Shown one piece after another: positions 14,310-24,449 of a stretch of DNA of 64,000 bases. A model generated the notes under the pieces. It did no database searches and was not told the DNA's origin. It was given only the letters and a program-made list of their open reading frames with translations. Made by a program: the position numbers and the translations under genes. The stretch is from Bacilli bacterium (lineage in GTDB: Bacteria > Bacillota > Bacilli > Bacillales > Amphibacillaceae). The stretch is from assembly GCA_012838505.1 (NCBI GenBank), contig DUPD01000037.1, forward strand, positions 3,687-67,686, in the 5' to 3' direction. How positions within the stretch are numbered: the stretch's first letter is position 1; each line of letters begins with the position of its first letter.

Positions 14310-14819
14310 ATGTCTAGAAAATCAATTTATTATACAACTATATATGTGAATCTTTATCAATTGACATTGTACAAAACTGACCAAGGGCTTGTTTTGATCA
14401 CAACAAAAACGGATCAACCGGAAAATTTTGCTGAGGAATGGTTAACTAAAACATTCAAAGACTATCAACTCATTCATGATGATCAATTTTTCAATCATGA
14501 ACGCGATCAATTTACTGCTTATTTTAATGGACAGTTAACAAGATTTGATTTTACACTCGATCTGCACGGGACGTTATTTCAAAAATCAATCTGGCAACAG
14601 CTTCAGCAAATTCCGTACGGAGAGACTTGGAGTTATAGTGAACTTGCTGATTCAATTAATCGTCCAGAAGCTGTTCGTGCAGTGAGCCGAGCGATTGGTC
14701 AAAATCCATTACTGATCGTTGTACCGTGTCACCGAGTGATCGGTAAAAATAAACAACTGACTGGTTTTCGATCGGGCTTAGCATTAAAAAAATCATTACT
14801 ACAACTTGAATCAAATTAA
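14310..14819 (+). CDS. ogt: Methylated-DNA--protein-cysteine methyltransferase
   Basis: IPYGETWSY, AVRAV, active site PCHRV. Confidence 0.93.
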   Translation: MSRKSIYYTTIYVNLYQLTLYKTDQGLVLITTKTDQPENFAEEWLTKTFKDYQLIHDDQFFNHERDQFTAYFNGQLTRFDFTLDLHGTLFQKSIWQQLQQIPYGETWSYSELADSINRPEAVRAVSRAIGQNPLLIVVPCHRVIGKNKQLTGFRSGLALKKSLLQLESN

Positions 14820-14823
14820 ATTC

Positions 14824-14867
14824 AAAAGGCTAAAGAAAGCGTGTGAAATCGCCCTTTAGCCTTTTTT
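14824..14867. terminator. Bidirectional terminator between ogt and thiolase
   Basis: AAAAGGCTAAAG / CTTTAGCCTTTT between convergent genes. Confidence 0.85.
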
Positions 14868-14871
14868 ATAC

Positions 14872-16053
14872 TTATTTTTCAACTAGCATCGAGACACCAA
14901 TGCCTCCACCAACACAGAGACTGGCAATTCCTGATTTAGCATCAGTCTTATTCATTTCGTGGATTAAAGTGGTCAATATTCTTGCGCCGGAAGCACCGAT
15001 TGGGTGACCGAGTGCAATTCCACCACCGTTAACGTTGACTTTCTTAGGATCGAGATTAAGATCACGCACAACGGGAATACTTTGAGCCGCAAATGCCTCG
15101 TTAATTTCGAATAAGTCAATTTGATTTAAATCAAGCTCAGATTGTTGAACAAGTTTATTAATCGCCTGATATGGACTATAGCCCATTATACTTGGATCAA
15201 TACCAACTTCGGCGTATTCTTTTATTGTTGCTAAATAGCTAAGACCGCGTTTTTCAGCAGTTGATTTTTTCATTAAAATAAGAGCAGCTGCACCATCGTT
15301 AATTCCGGATGCACTACCTGCCGTTACTGTACCATTCTCAAGAAATGGCGTTCTTAATTTCTCTAAGTCTTCGATTTTAACATCTTTTCGGATATGTTCA
15401 TCTTGATCAAATAGAATTGTTTCACCTGATTCATTTTTTACCGGAACAGGAACGATTTCATCTTTAAAACGACCGGACTCCTGGGCGTATTGAGCTTTAT
15501 GTTGTGAGTTTAATGCAAATTGATCTTGTTCCGCTCTCGAGACATTAAACTGCTTCGCTACATTTTCAGCTGTAATGCCCATATGTTTTTGACTAAATGC
15601 ATCTGTCAGACCGTCATGAATCATCGAGTCGATCAGCTTATCTTGGTCAAGTTCTTTTTCAAAACGATAGTTCGGCAGTAGGTGAGGGGCGTTACTCATA
15701 CTCTCAACACCACCGACAACGACGATTTCAGCTTGATTTAGTTGAATTTGTTGACTACCAAGAATGACTGCTTTTAAACCTGATCCACAAACTTCATTAA
15801 TTGTCATTGCTGGCTTCTCGTAGGGAACGCCGGCATCAACTAAAATTTGTCGAGCGACATTTTGACCAACTCCAGCTTGTAATACTTGTCCAAAAATACC
15901 TTGATCAACCTCTGACGGCTCAATGTGAGCACGCTTAATTGCTTCTTTAACAACGATTGTTCCTAACATACGCGCACTATGATTTTTTAAAGCACCGCCA
16001 AACTTGCCAATTGGTGTTCTGACAGCACTAACAATAACGATTTCTTCCATCAT
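14872..16053 (-). CDS. Acetyl-CoA acetyltransferase (thiolase)
   Basis: NEVCGSG, NEAFA, GHPIGASG, CVGGG motifs; ATG after AAGGAG. Confidence 0.96.
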   Translation of the reverse strand: MMEEIVIVSAVRTPIGKFGGALKNHSARMLGTIVVKEAIKRAHIEPSEVDQGIFGQVLQAGVGQNVARQILVDAGVPYEKPAMTINEVCGSGLKAVILGSQQIQLNQAEIVVVGGVESMSNAPHLLPNYRFEKELDQDKLIDSMIHDGLTDAFSQKHMGITAENVAKQFNVSRAEQDQFALNSQHKAQYAQESGRFKDEIVPVPVKNESGETILFDQDEHIRKDVKIEDLEKLRTPFLENGTVTAGSASGINDGAAALILMKKSTAEKRGLSYLATIKEYAEVGIDPSIMGYSPYQAINKLVQQSELDLNQIDLFEINEAFAAQSIPVVRDLNLDPKKVNVNGGGIALGHPIGASGARILTTLIHEMNKTDAKSGIASLCVGGGIGVSMLVEK

Positions 16054-16255
16054 AAACAACTCCTTATTTTTTACTTAGAAGTTACCACTTTAGTTTAACA
16101 GATCTTTTCTAGTTAATCATTTATTAATTATAAATAGGCAAGAAAAATTAGTGAAATTAACCCATTCGTGTTAAAGTATTAGATAAGAATCAAAAAAGAC
16201 TGTTATTTAGTATTAAATAGTTTTTTAAAAGAATGAACCAAAGGAAGTGGTTAGA

Positions 16256-17428
16256 TTGAAAATAGGAATTGATAAAATCGGTTTTTACACACCAGCTATG
16301 TACATTGATACGGGAGATTTAGCTGAAGCGCGTGGTGTTGAACCAGCTAAATTTAAAGTGGGTATCGGTCAAGATAAAATGGCAGTAGCACCTAAAACTC
16401 AAGATGCTGTTACATTAGCAGCAAATGCTGCCCTAAATATATTGACTCAAGCAGATATTGATGCAATTGATTACGTCATTTTTGCAACTGAAACGGGCGT
16501 CGATCACTCAAAAGCTGCTGGTATTTTTGCTCATGAATTATTAGGATTAAAAAAATCAGCACGTTCGATTGAAATTAAACAAGCTTGTTATAGTGCTACG
16601 GCTGGGATTCAAATTGCCAAAGGCCATATCGCATTGAATCCAGATAGCCGTGTTTTAGTACTGGCTTCTGATATTTCACGTTATGGTTTAAAAACTGGTG
16701 GAGAAATCACACAAGGGGCTGGTGCGGTGGCGATGGTTATTGCTCGTGATCCTAAGCTAATGACGATTGAAAGTCCAAGTGTTTATCAAACAGATGATGC
16801 GATGGATTTTTGGCGTCCGCTATACTCAGATACAGCTCATGTACAAGGAAAATTCTCAGTGATCCAATACATTAATTTCTTCAAAGATTTATTTGCTCAA
16901 TATCAGGAGCAAACAAAGACAAGCTTAAAAGACTTTGAAGCACTCGTTTTCCATACACCTTATACAAAAATGGGCTTAAAAGCATTGCAATCAGTCCTTG
17001 AAGATGCAGATGAAGCAGACGAAAAACGTTTATTAGATTACTATGAGGTCGGAAAATATTATAATGCGATTGTTGGTAATATTTATACAGGTTCTTTATA
17101 TTTGAATTTAATCTCATTACTTGAGCAAAATCAAACTCTTGAAGCCGGAGCGACAGTCGGTTTATTCAGTTACGGATCTGGTTCGGTTGGTGAGTTTTTC
17201 ACAGGAATTTTACAACCTGGCTACCGCGATCATTTAAATAAAGAGTACCATGAGCAAATGCTTGAAGAACGTGAGCAAATTTCAATTGAGCGTTATGAAA
17301 CAGTGTTCATGGATACAATTCCAAATGGTGTAGGGGATATTGAACTTGATATCGATTCAGATCCAGCACCGATTTGTTTAGTCGGGATTAAAGACCATAT
17401 GCGTCAATATGTGAATAAACAACAATAA
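16256..17428 (+). CDS. mvaS: Hydroxymethylglutaryl-CoA synthase
   Basis: KIGIDKIGFY, KQACYSAT (catalytic Cys), DFWRP, FHTPY, GNIYTGSL, SYGSG; start TTG 16256 or GTG 16247. Confidence 0.96.
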   Translation: MKIGIDKIGFYTPAMYIDTGDLAEARGVEPAKFKVGIGQDKMAVAPKTQDAVTLAANAALNILTQADIDAIDYVIFATETGVDHSKAAGIFAHELLGLKKSARSIEIKQACYSATAGIQIAKGHIALNPDSRVLVLASDISRYGLKTGGEITQGAGAVAMVIARDPKLMTIESPSVYQTDDAMDFWRPLYSDTAHVQGKFSVIQYINFFKDLFAQYQEQTKTSLKDFEALVFHTPYTKMGLKALQSVLEDADEADEKRLLDYYEVGKYYNAIVGNIYTGSLYLNLISLLEQNQTLEAGATVGLFSYGSGSVGEFFTGILQPGYRDHLNKEYHEQMLEEREQISIERYETVFMDTIPNGVGDIELDIDSDPAPICLVGIKDHMRQYVNKQQ

Positions 17429-17431
17429 TCG

Positions 17432-17472
17432 AAAACTCGTTAATCTCTAAGTTGAGACTAACGAGTTTTTTT
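17432..17472. terminator. Bidirectional terminator mvaS/mvaA
   Basis: AAAACTCGTTA-TCTC / GAGA-TAACGAGTTTT. Confidence 0.85.
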
Positions 17473-18760
17473 ATCTTCGTAAATCTTTTAAAATTGCTTC
17501 AGCGGTTTGTAAATTCATATGTTTTTCTTTTCTTAAGAGGCGAGCGACTTTTTGAATTTCATCGCCAGTTGCACCAGCGTTAATTGCAAGTGATTTTGCC
17601 TGGAGCGCCATGTGGCCTTTTTGAATGCCATCGGTTACGAGTGCACGTGTTGCCGCAAAGTTTTGTGCTAAACCGACGGAGACAATAATTGATTCTAATT
17701 GCTTTGCATCAGGAGAACCGAGCATTTTGTGGGTGAATTTAGCACCTGGATGAATGTTAATTGAGCCACCGACAGTTCCAATTGGTAGAGGGATCGTCAG
17801 CTCGCCAATTAAATCGCCATCTTCTGATTTTGACCATTTTGTCAATGAACGGTATTGACCTGATCGTGCTGCATAGGCGTGAGCTCCCGCTTCAATAGCT
17901 CTCGTATCATTGCCGGTTGCTAAAACAAGTGCAGATATTCCATTCATGATGCCTTTGTTATTTGTTGTTGCCCTGTATGGATCGGCAATCGCAAATTGAT
18001 TTGCTTCAATTATTTTGTCACGAACTTCAGTCCCAGACATTCCACGTCGCTCTAATATAGTGATAGGAACCTTACATCTTGCGGTTGCAAGGCATTCTGT
18101 CGCATAATTTGATAAAATGCCCATCAAAGCATTAGCTTCTGTTATTTCTTCTAAAAACGGTTTAACCGCTTCAGCCATCGTATTAATCATATTTGCACCC
18201 ATTGCTTCTAGTGTCTCAACATGTAAATGGACGACTAGAAAAGCAGGAGTACCATATTCAGCATCTGCTTCGAGCCAACGAACATCGATTGATCGTGCAC
18301 CACCACCGCGTTTAACAATTGATGGATGTGCGTTATTGGCAATCGAGATGATTTTTGCTTCAGCTTCTGAAATTGCCCGAATTGCTTCGTCTTTATTATT
18401 AATATCCTTCAAAGCGATTTGTCCAATCATCGTTCGATGACTAATTTCAGTTGTAAAACCGCCAGCGAGGCGAATCGTTTTTGCGGCAAAACTTGCTGCT
18501 GCGATAACTGAAGGCTCTTCGGTTGCCATTGGAATTAAGTAATCTTTACCATCAATTAAAAAGTGCAGTGCTAATCCCAATGGAAGCTGATAAGTCCCAA
18601 CGACATTTTCAATCATGTGGTTGCTAATTTCTTCTGGTAAACTAAATGATTGTTTGAAGTTGTTTATTGGTTCAGTCTCAAGGTAATTCCCATTCATTAA
18701 CGCTTCAATCCGTTGATCAATTGTCTTGTTATAAAATTTATCTAATCGGTTTTTTTTCAT
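17471..18760 (-). CDS. mvaA: HMG-CoA reductase, class II
   Basis: IENVVG, ATEEPSVIAA, AMGANM, NKGIMNG, GLAQNFAA, GIQKGHM. Confidence 0.96.
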   Translation of the reverse strand: MKKNRLDKFYNKTIDQRIEALMNGNYLETEPINNFKQSFSLPEEISNHMIENVVGTYQLPLGLALHFLIDGKDYLIPMATEEPSVIAAASFAAKTIRLAGGFTTEISHRTMIGQIALKDINNKDEAIRAISEAEAKIISIANNAHPSIVKRGGGARSIDVRWLEADAEYGTPAFLVVHLHVETLEAMGANMINTMAEAVKPFLEEITEANALMGILSNYATECLATARCKVPITILERRGMSGTEVRDKIIEANQFAIADPYRATTNNKGIMNGISALVLATGNDTRAIEAGAHAYAARSGQYRSLTKWSKSEDGDLIGELTIPLPIGTVGGSINIHPGAKFTHKMLGSPDAKQLESIIVSVGLAQNFAATRALVTDGIQKGHMALQAKSLAINAGATGDEIQKVARLLRKEKHMNLQTAEAILKDLRR

Positions 18761-18894
18761 GTTGAACCTCCAATCGATTATCTGTGTCTCATTGTATCAT
18801 AATCGAAATTTATTGGGCTAGATCGAAGTATGAAATCGCTAAATAAGCTTAAAATAGTTTCAGTACTTAAATGCGGATGAATGGATGTTATCAA

Positions 18895-19618
18895 ATGGAA
18901 CGAAAAAAATTAGATTTACTTGCCTTAGCATCAATCCCACTCGTTATGACACTTGGTAATTCAATGTTAATCCCTGTATTACCGATGATTGAAAGTGTTT
19001 TAAAAATCAGTCAACTACAGTCGAGCTTGATTATCACTGTGTATTCAATTGTTGCAATTATTTTAATCCCGATAGCAGGTTACTTGTCCGATCGCTTTGG
19101 ACGGAAAAAAGTTATCATTCCAAGTCTAATTCTGACGGCAATTGGTGGGGGAATAGCGGCCTTTGCTTCTTGGCAAATTGCTGAACCTTATTTATTCATT
19201 ATATTAGGTCGACTCTTGCAAGGAGTAGGTGCATCCGGAGCTTTTCCAGTCACGATCCCAACTGTAGGAGATATGTATCAAGCTGAAGAAGATGTGAGCA
19301 GAGACTTAGGAATTATCGAAACAGCCAATACATTCGGTAAAGTATTAAGTCCAATTTTAGGGGCGTCACTTGGACTCGTTATTTGGTATTTACCGTTTAT
19401 TTTTGTGCCAATCTTTTCAATTCTGTCATTATTGCTTGTGATTTTCTTACTAAAAGTTCCTCAGCAAAAACAAACGACAAAACCAAAATTTAGGTGTTGG
19501 ATCTGGACCGCCAATTGTCGCGGTAATAGAGGGGAATATGCGGGTGCTTTATATCACTTTAGTAATCTTAAGTGGAGTTGCAATGATTGTTTGTTTATTT
19601 TTGATCAAACCTAAATAA
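18895..19618 (+). pseudogene. YitG-like MFS transporter with a large internal deletion and frameshift
   Basis: TM1-6 intact (LASIPLVMTLGNSMLIPVLP, GYLSDRFGRKK); from about 19490 another frame encodes the MFS C-terminus LGVGSGPPIVAVI...CLFLIKPK* ending at 19618. Confidence 0.8.
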
Positions 19619-19707
19619 GTGTCGAACAGTAATAGTATGGGGTGATATATTTTGAATTATGCGATAAAATAGAATAATATCATCTAGAACAGAAAGGTAC
19701 GTGAGAT

Positions 19708-20862
19708 ATGGACAAGTACAAATTGATTGACAAATTAATTATGAAATATTTGCTCATCGGTGCGGTTGTTATCTTACTCATTACGAATTATCAACATATA
19801 TTTGATTGGCTCTCGCTAATTTGGGTCATTATTCGTCCGATCATTATGGGTGCAATTATTGCTTATGTTATCAATCTATTAATGATCCAGATAGAAAAGC
19901 TCTATTTTCCTAATAAAACGAGCAAGTGGGTTCAATTAACACGACGTCCTATTAGTATTTTAGTTGGCTTTGTTGTGATTATTTTTATTTTGGTTTTTGT
20001 AGTCAGTTTAATCGCACCACAATTGATTTCTGTTATTATGACGATCATTGAAACGATTCCTGAATTGTTTTCGATGGTTGAAACCTGGATTGTTGAATAT
20101 GAAGATTTATTTCCGCAAGTTGCAGAAATGGTACAAGAAGCGGATATTGATTGGCAAGGTATCGCCACACAAGTTTTGAATTTCGTCAATAATTTTACAG
20201 GTAATATTATTGAAACAACCGTTGCAACACTCGGTTCTGTCTTCAGCTTTATTGTTAATATATTTATTGCGTTTATTATTTCAATCTATATTTTATTAAC
20301 AAAAGAAAAGTTAGCAGAACAATTTAAACGATTGCTACGTGCTTACTTACCAAAACGAATGGATAAAGGGATTCGATATGTTGCACATGTTGTCAATGAT
20401 TCATTTAAAAACTTCCTTGTTGGGGAAACAATTGAAGCGGTCATTCTTGGTTCATTAGTGGCGATCGGTATGTGGATTTTTAGATTTCCATATGCGGGTA
20501 TGATTGGTGCATTAACTGGTGTTACGGCATACATCCCGTACATTGGGGCCTATATTTCTGCCTCAGTTGGTTTTCTGTTGATTTTAGTCGAGTCACCATT
20601 ACAAGCTGTTTTCTTTCTCGTTATGATTATCGCGATCCAACAAATTGAAGGTAATGTCATTTACCCACGTGTTGTTGGTCAATCAATCGGGTTATCTGGA
20701 TTATGGGTCATCGTTGGTGTAACGATTGGTGGGGGTCTCTGGGGTGTTCTAGGAATGTTAATTGGTGTTCCTATTTCATCAGCACTCTATCGATTACTAA
20801 AAGATAATGTTGTGATGAGAGAAAAAAGAAAAAATAATTTACAGCTCAAAAGTCGATCTTGA
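19708..20862 (+). CDS. AI-2E family transporter
   Basis: IPYIGA, QQIEGNVIYPRVVG, GGLWGVLGMLIGVP. Confidence 0.92.
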   Translation: MDKYKLIDKLIMKYLLIGAVVILLITNYQHIFDWLSLIWVIIRPIIMGAIIAYVINLLMIQIEKLYFPNKTSKWVQLTRRPISILVGFVVIIFILVFVVSLIAPQLISVIMTIIETIPELFSMVETWIVEYEDLFPQVAEMVQEADIDWQGIATQVLNFVNNFTGNIIETTVATLGSVFSFIVNIFIAFIISIYILLTKEKLAEQFKRLLRAYLPKRMDKGIRYVAHVVNDSFKNFLVGETIEAVILGSLVAIGMWIFRFPYAGMIGALTGVTAYIPYIGAYISASVGFLLILVESPLQAVFFLVMIIAIQQIEGNVIYPRVVGQSIGLSGLWVIVGVTIGGGLWGVLGMLIGVPISSALYRLLKDNVVMREKRKNNLQLKSRS

Positions 20863-20906
20863 ATTAAATTTTGATTGATTGAGATAATAAAGAGGGAGAG
20901 ATACAG

Positions 20907-21824
20907 ATGCGTATTTTAGTTTTAGGAGCCGGGGGAATTGGTGGTTACTTTGGAGGTCGTTTAGTCGAAAAAGGCGAGAATGTTGTTTTTCTAGTCCGCG
21001 ATAAGCGAAAACAACAACTTGAAAGTAATGGGTTAATCATTCATAGTACAAAAGGTGACTTTTCTTTTCAACCACAATTAGTTACGAAAGATCAGAAGAC
21101 AGAGCCATTTGATATCGTCCTCTTTTCCACAAAAGCTTATCATTTATCAGAAGCGATCGAAGATTTACAACCTTTTGTTGGTGATCGAACAGTGATTATT
21201 CCATTATTAAATGGTATTTCTCATCTCGATAAATTAACGGATGCTTTTGGAGAGGAGAAAGTGGTTGGCGGACTATGCCAAATAGAAACAACATTAAATG
21301 AAGCGGGTGAAGTGGTTCATTCAAGTCAATTTGATAAGCTTGTTTTTGGTGAATTGAATAAGCAAAAATCAAATCGGATTAACAGAATCGCAAACGCATT
21401 TAGCGGAACAAAAGCTGAATTTATTTTAAGTGAGGCTATTTTACAGGATATGTGGCACAAGTATTTACGGATTACAGTCTTATCTGGCCTGACAACTTTA
21501 ATGCGTGCGCCAATTGGCCCGATCAGAGAAAGTGATGGTGGGATGACTTATATCAAGCAACTATACGAAGAAGTGACAGCGATTATGCGAGCAAATCATG
21601 CACCGATTGCTGCTAATGTTGAAATTGAGCAATTAGCATCGATTGAAACGCTTGGGTATGATTTTAAAACATCGATGCAGCGCGATATGGAAAAACGTTC
21701 ACAAATCGAAGGTGATCATATTCAAGGCTATCTTTTAAGCCTGGCGAAAAATGCACAAATCAATGCACCTTATTTAACTTCAATTTATCAAAACTTAAAA
21801 GTTTTCGAGCAGACATTACCATAA
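20907..21824 (+). CDS. panE: Ketopantoate reductase family protein
   Basis: GAGGIGG Rossmann motif, KAY, LLNG, MWHKY, TSMQRD, EGDHI. Confidence 0.9.
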   Translation: MRILVLGAGGIGGYFGGRLVEKGENVVFLVRDKRKQQLESNGLIIHSTKGDFSFQPQLVTKDQKTEPFDIVLFSTKAYHLSEAIEDLQPFVGDRTVIIPLLNGISHLDKLTDAFGEEKVVGGLCQIETTLNEAGEVVHSSQFDKLVFGELNKQKSNRINRIANAFSGTKAEFILSEAILQDMWHKYLRITVLSGLTTLMRAPIGPIRESDGGMTYIKQLYEEVTAIMRANHAPIAANVEIEQLASIETLGYDFKTSMQRDMEKRSQIEGDHIQGYLLSLAKNAQINAPYLTSIYQNLKVFEQTLP

Positions 21825-21905
21825 GAGACGTTTACTGAATTTAATATTTTGTTTAAAATAATCTTACATTATACGATAATCAAAATGGGATTGTCAATGA
21901 CTAAT

Positions 21906-21934
21906 TTGCAATTGACTTTAATCTATGATAAAAT
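21906..21934 (+). promoter_or_regulatory. sigmaA-like promoter
   Basis: TTGCAA-N17-TAAAAT with extended -10 TG. Confidence 0.55.
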
Positions 21935-22066
21935 AAGGACAGAATCACAGTCAGGATTAGCTATTCGTAATCGTACGCAACTTCTTATTGACAGAACTTG
22001 AGTGCGATTTTTATTTGTTTTACTTATGTCTGTATATTGAAAAAATTTTAATAGGAGAGTGAGTTA

Positions 22067-22906
22067 GTGAATTTAGTCAATGAGATGATTACTCATAAGG
22101 TTTTCGGTAAAGGACAAATCATTGAACAAGATGACGCTTTTATTACGATTGACTTTGAAGAGGACACGAAGAAATTTGTTTATCCTGATGCATTGGGTAA
22201 TTTTATCCACTTAAAAGATCGAGAAGTTGCTGAATCATTAGAAAAAATATTAATTCAAACAAAAAAAGAAAAACAATTACGCGAACAAGAACTAGAAGAA
22301 GAACAGAGACAATTAGCTGAAGAAGCTTATCGTCGCGAAAGATTAAAGAACTTAAAAATTCATGAAAGTTCTCAAATTGTCTTTTGGCTAGACGAAGAAG
22401 AACAAACCAATGTCTTCGAAGATTGGACCGTATTTACTGGTGAAGTCCAAAGTGGTAAAAATAAAGGAAAACCAAATATCGTTGCAAGGTTACGACCAAA
22501 TAGTTCGGTACTGCTAACTGTTAGAGAAGCTGATCAAGAAGAGACGGAAAGAAAAGTGATCGGTCTCTACATGGTTCCAGAAACATTTTCTGGTGATGAT
22601 AATGAGGATGGAATGATTGAAGCACATGAGGGATACCGGATTAAGTTAACAGAAACAGAAGCTGAAAAAATCTTATTCTGGAATTACTATCTCAATAAAA
22701 ACTACCCACATCGAACAACATGGAATTCTGGTAAGTATCGCTATTTTGATAATGTGATTACAGCACAAATATTGAAAGATATTATCACATTAAAAACAGA
22801 TGAAGATGAAATTAAACAAGCTGAAGACTTTCTTAACTATTTCAGTGAGATGAATCTACTTGATCTTTCGGATCTTCCAAAAGCAAGTGGTGCATTGAAG
22901 CAATAA
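22067..22906 (+). CDS. Conserved hypothetical protein (Tudor/SH3-like N-terminus, coiled coil, globular C-terminal domain)
   Basis: GTG start after AGGAGA; ITHKVFGKGQI...ITIDF N-terminus; charged coil; Trp/Tyr-rich C-domain; own terminator. Confidence 0.85.
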   Translation: MNLVNEMITHKVFGKGQIIEQDDAFITIDFEEDTKKFVYPDALGNFIHLKDREVAESLEKILIQTKKEKQLREQELEEEQRQLAEEAYRRERLKNLKIHESSQIVFWLDEEEQTNVFEDWTVFTGEVQSGKNKGKPNIVARLRPNSSVLLTVREADQEETERKVIGLYMVPETFSGDDNEDGMIEAHEGYRIKLTETEAEKILFWNYYLNKNYPHRTTWNSGKYRYFDNVITAQILKDIITLKTDEDEIKQAEDFLNYFSEMNLLDLSDLPKASGALKQ

Positions 22907-22924
22907 TTAAATAGATCGAATATC

Positions 22925-22974
22925 AAAGGTTGTTCAACATAGCTAGAGTATGCTATAGTTGGACAACTTTTTTT
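22925..22974 (+). terminator. Intrinsic terminator
   Basis: AAAGGTTGTTCAAC-ATAGC / GCTAT-AGTTGGACAACTTTTTTT. Confidence 0.8.
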
Positions 22975-23055
22975 ATTTTTTAAGGGGATATTCTGTTTAA
23001 GATAGGAAATTATATCAATATGATCTTATCTTTTTTACGGAGAGGAATGTTGAAT

Positions 23056-24366
23056 ATGATTAATGATGATAAAACGTACAAAAGTTTACCGGATGTGAGT
23101 GAATCTTATTGGATTAATTCGATATCATTACCCTCGTTCCCTAAGTTAAATAGCGATATAACTGTGGATGTTGTCATTATAGGCGGTGGGATTACTGGTC
23201 TAACAACGGCCTTCCTTTTGGCTAAAAAAGGGTTTAAAATTGCACTTTTAGAATCAGACAGGCTATTAAATGGAACAACCGGACATACGACTGCCAAAAT
23301 CACCGCTCAGCATGGTTTAATTTATCATCAATTAATTAAAAATATTGGCATTGAGCAAGCGAAGCTATATTATCAGGCTAATCTGGATGCGTTAAATTTT
23401 ATTCGTGAAACGATTGATCATTTTGAAATTGACTGTGAGTATAGTGATCAAGATGCTTGGGTTTATGCAGTGACAAAGAAAGATCAAGAAAAAATTGAAC
23501 AGGAAGCAAAAGCTTATAACGATCTAGGTATTAAAGGAACTTTAGTTGATTCTACCCCCCTTGATATAACGGTTAATAATGCTTTAATTATGAAAGATCA
23601 GGCGCAATTTCACCCGCTGAAATATTTAAAGCCATTAGTTGACCAAGTGACTAAAATGGGGGGTCAAATTTTTGAAAAAACAACTGCTGTTGATATTAAG
23701 AAAGGTAAACAACCAGTTGTTTTAACCCGTGATCAGGAAAAGGTTACTGCAAACCATGTGATCATCTGTTCTCACTTTCCGTTTTACGAAGGCTTTGGTC
23801 TTTATTCCGCCAAAATGTATGTTGAGCGCTCATATGCAATAGTTGCAAAAACAAATAAAAAGATACCTGCAGGGCTATTTATTAATGCCAATAGTCCCAC
23901 TCGTTCATTAAGAAAAGTATCGATAAATGGGGAAGAAATGGCCTTAATCGTAGGAGAAAATCATAAAACAGGTCAAGGAATTGATACGATTAAACACTAT
24001 CAAGCTTTGGAGAGTTTTGGTCAGACGATTTTGGATATTGATTCGATAAAATACCGTTGGTCAGCTCAAGATTTAACTACACTTGATCAAATTCCTTACA
24101 TTGGAAGAATCACTTCGGGAAATCCAAATATATTAATTGCTACTGGTTATCGTAAGTGGGGAATAACGAATGGAACTGCAGCATCACTGTTATTAGCTGA
24201 TCTTGTTAATGATGAAAGCAATAAGTACGAGGAACTTTTTAAGCCATCGAGATTTAATCCGATCCCTAGTATAAAAAATCTCGTTGTTCAAAATCAAGAA
24301 GCGATTAGGTGTGATCACCATGTTTATTCTATCTATGATTACGTTTTAAAATACAAAAAACCTTAA
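23056..24366 (+). pseudogene. YhfW-like FAD-dependent oxidoreductase lacking its C-terminal Rieske domain
   Basis: SYW, IIGGGITG, GTTGHTTAKITAQHG, WSAQD, TGYRKWG; similarity ends at PSIKNLVVQN (about 24294); no CTH..C/CPCHGS Rieske motifs follow. Confidence 0.7.
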
Positions 24367-24391
24367 GATTTTCTAATCTTGAGGTTTTTTT
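24355..24391 (+). terminator. Intrinsic terminator
   Basis: AAAAAACCTTAAGATT / AATCTTGAGGTTTTTTT. Confidence 0.8.
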
Positions 24392-24449
24392 GTTCGTATA
24401 AAAGAGTTATCTCTAGGTTTAGACCTTGTTGCATAAAACTTCAGTTAAC

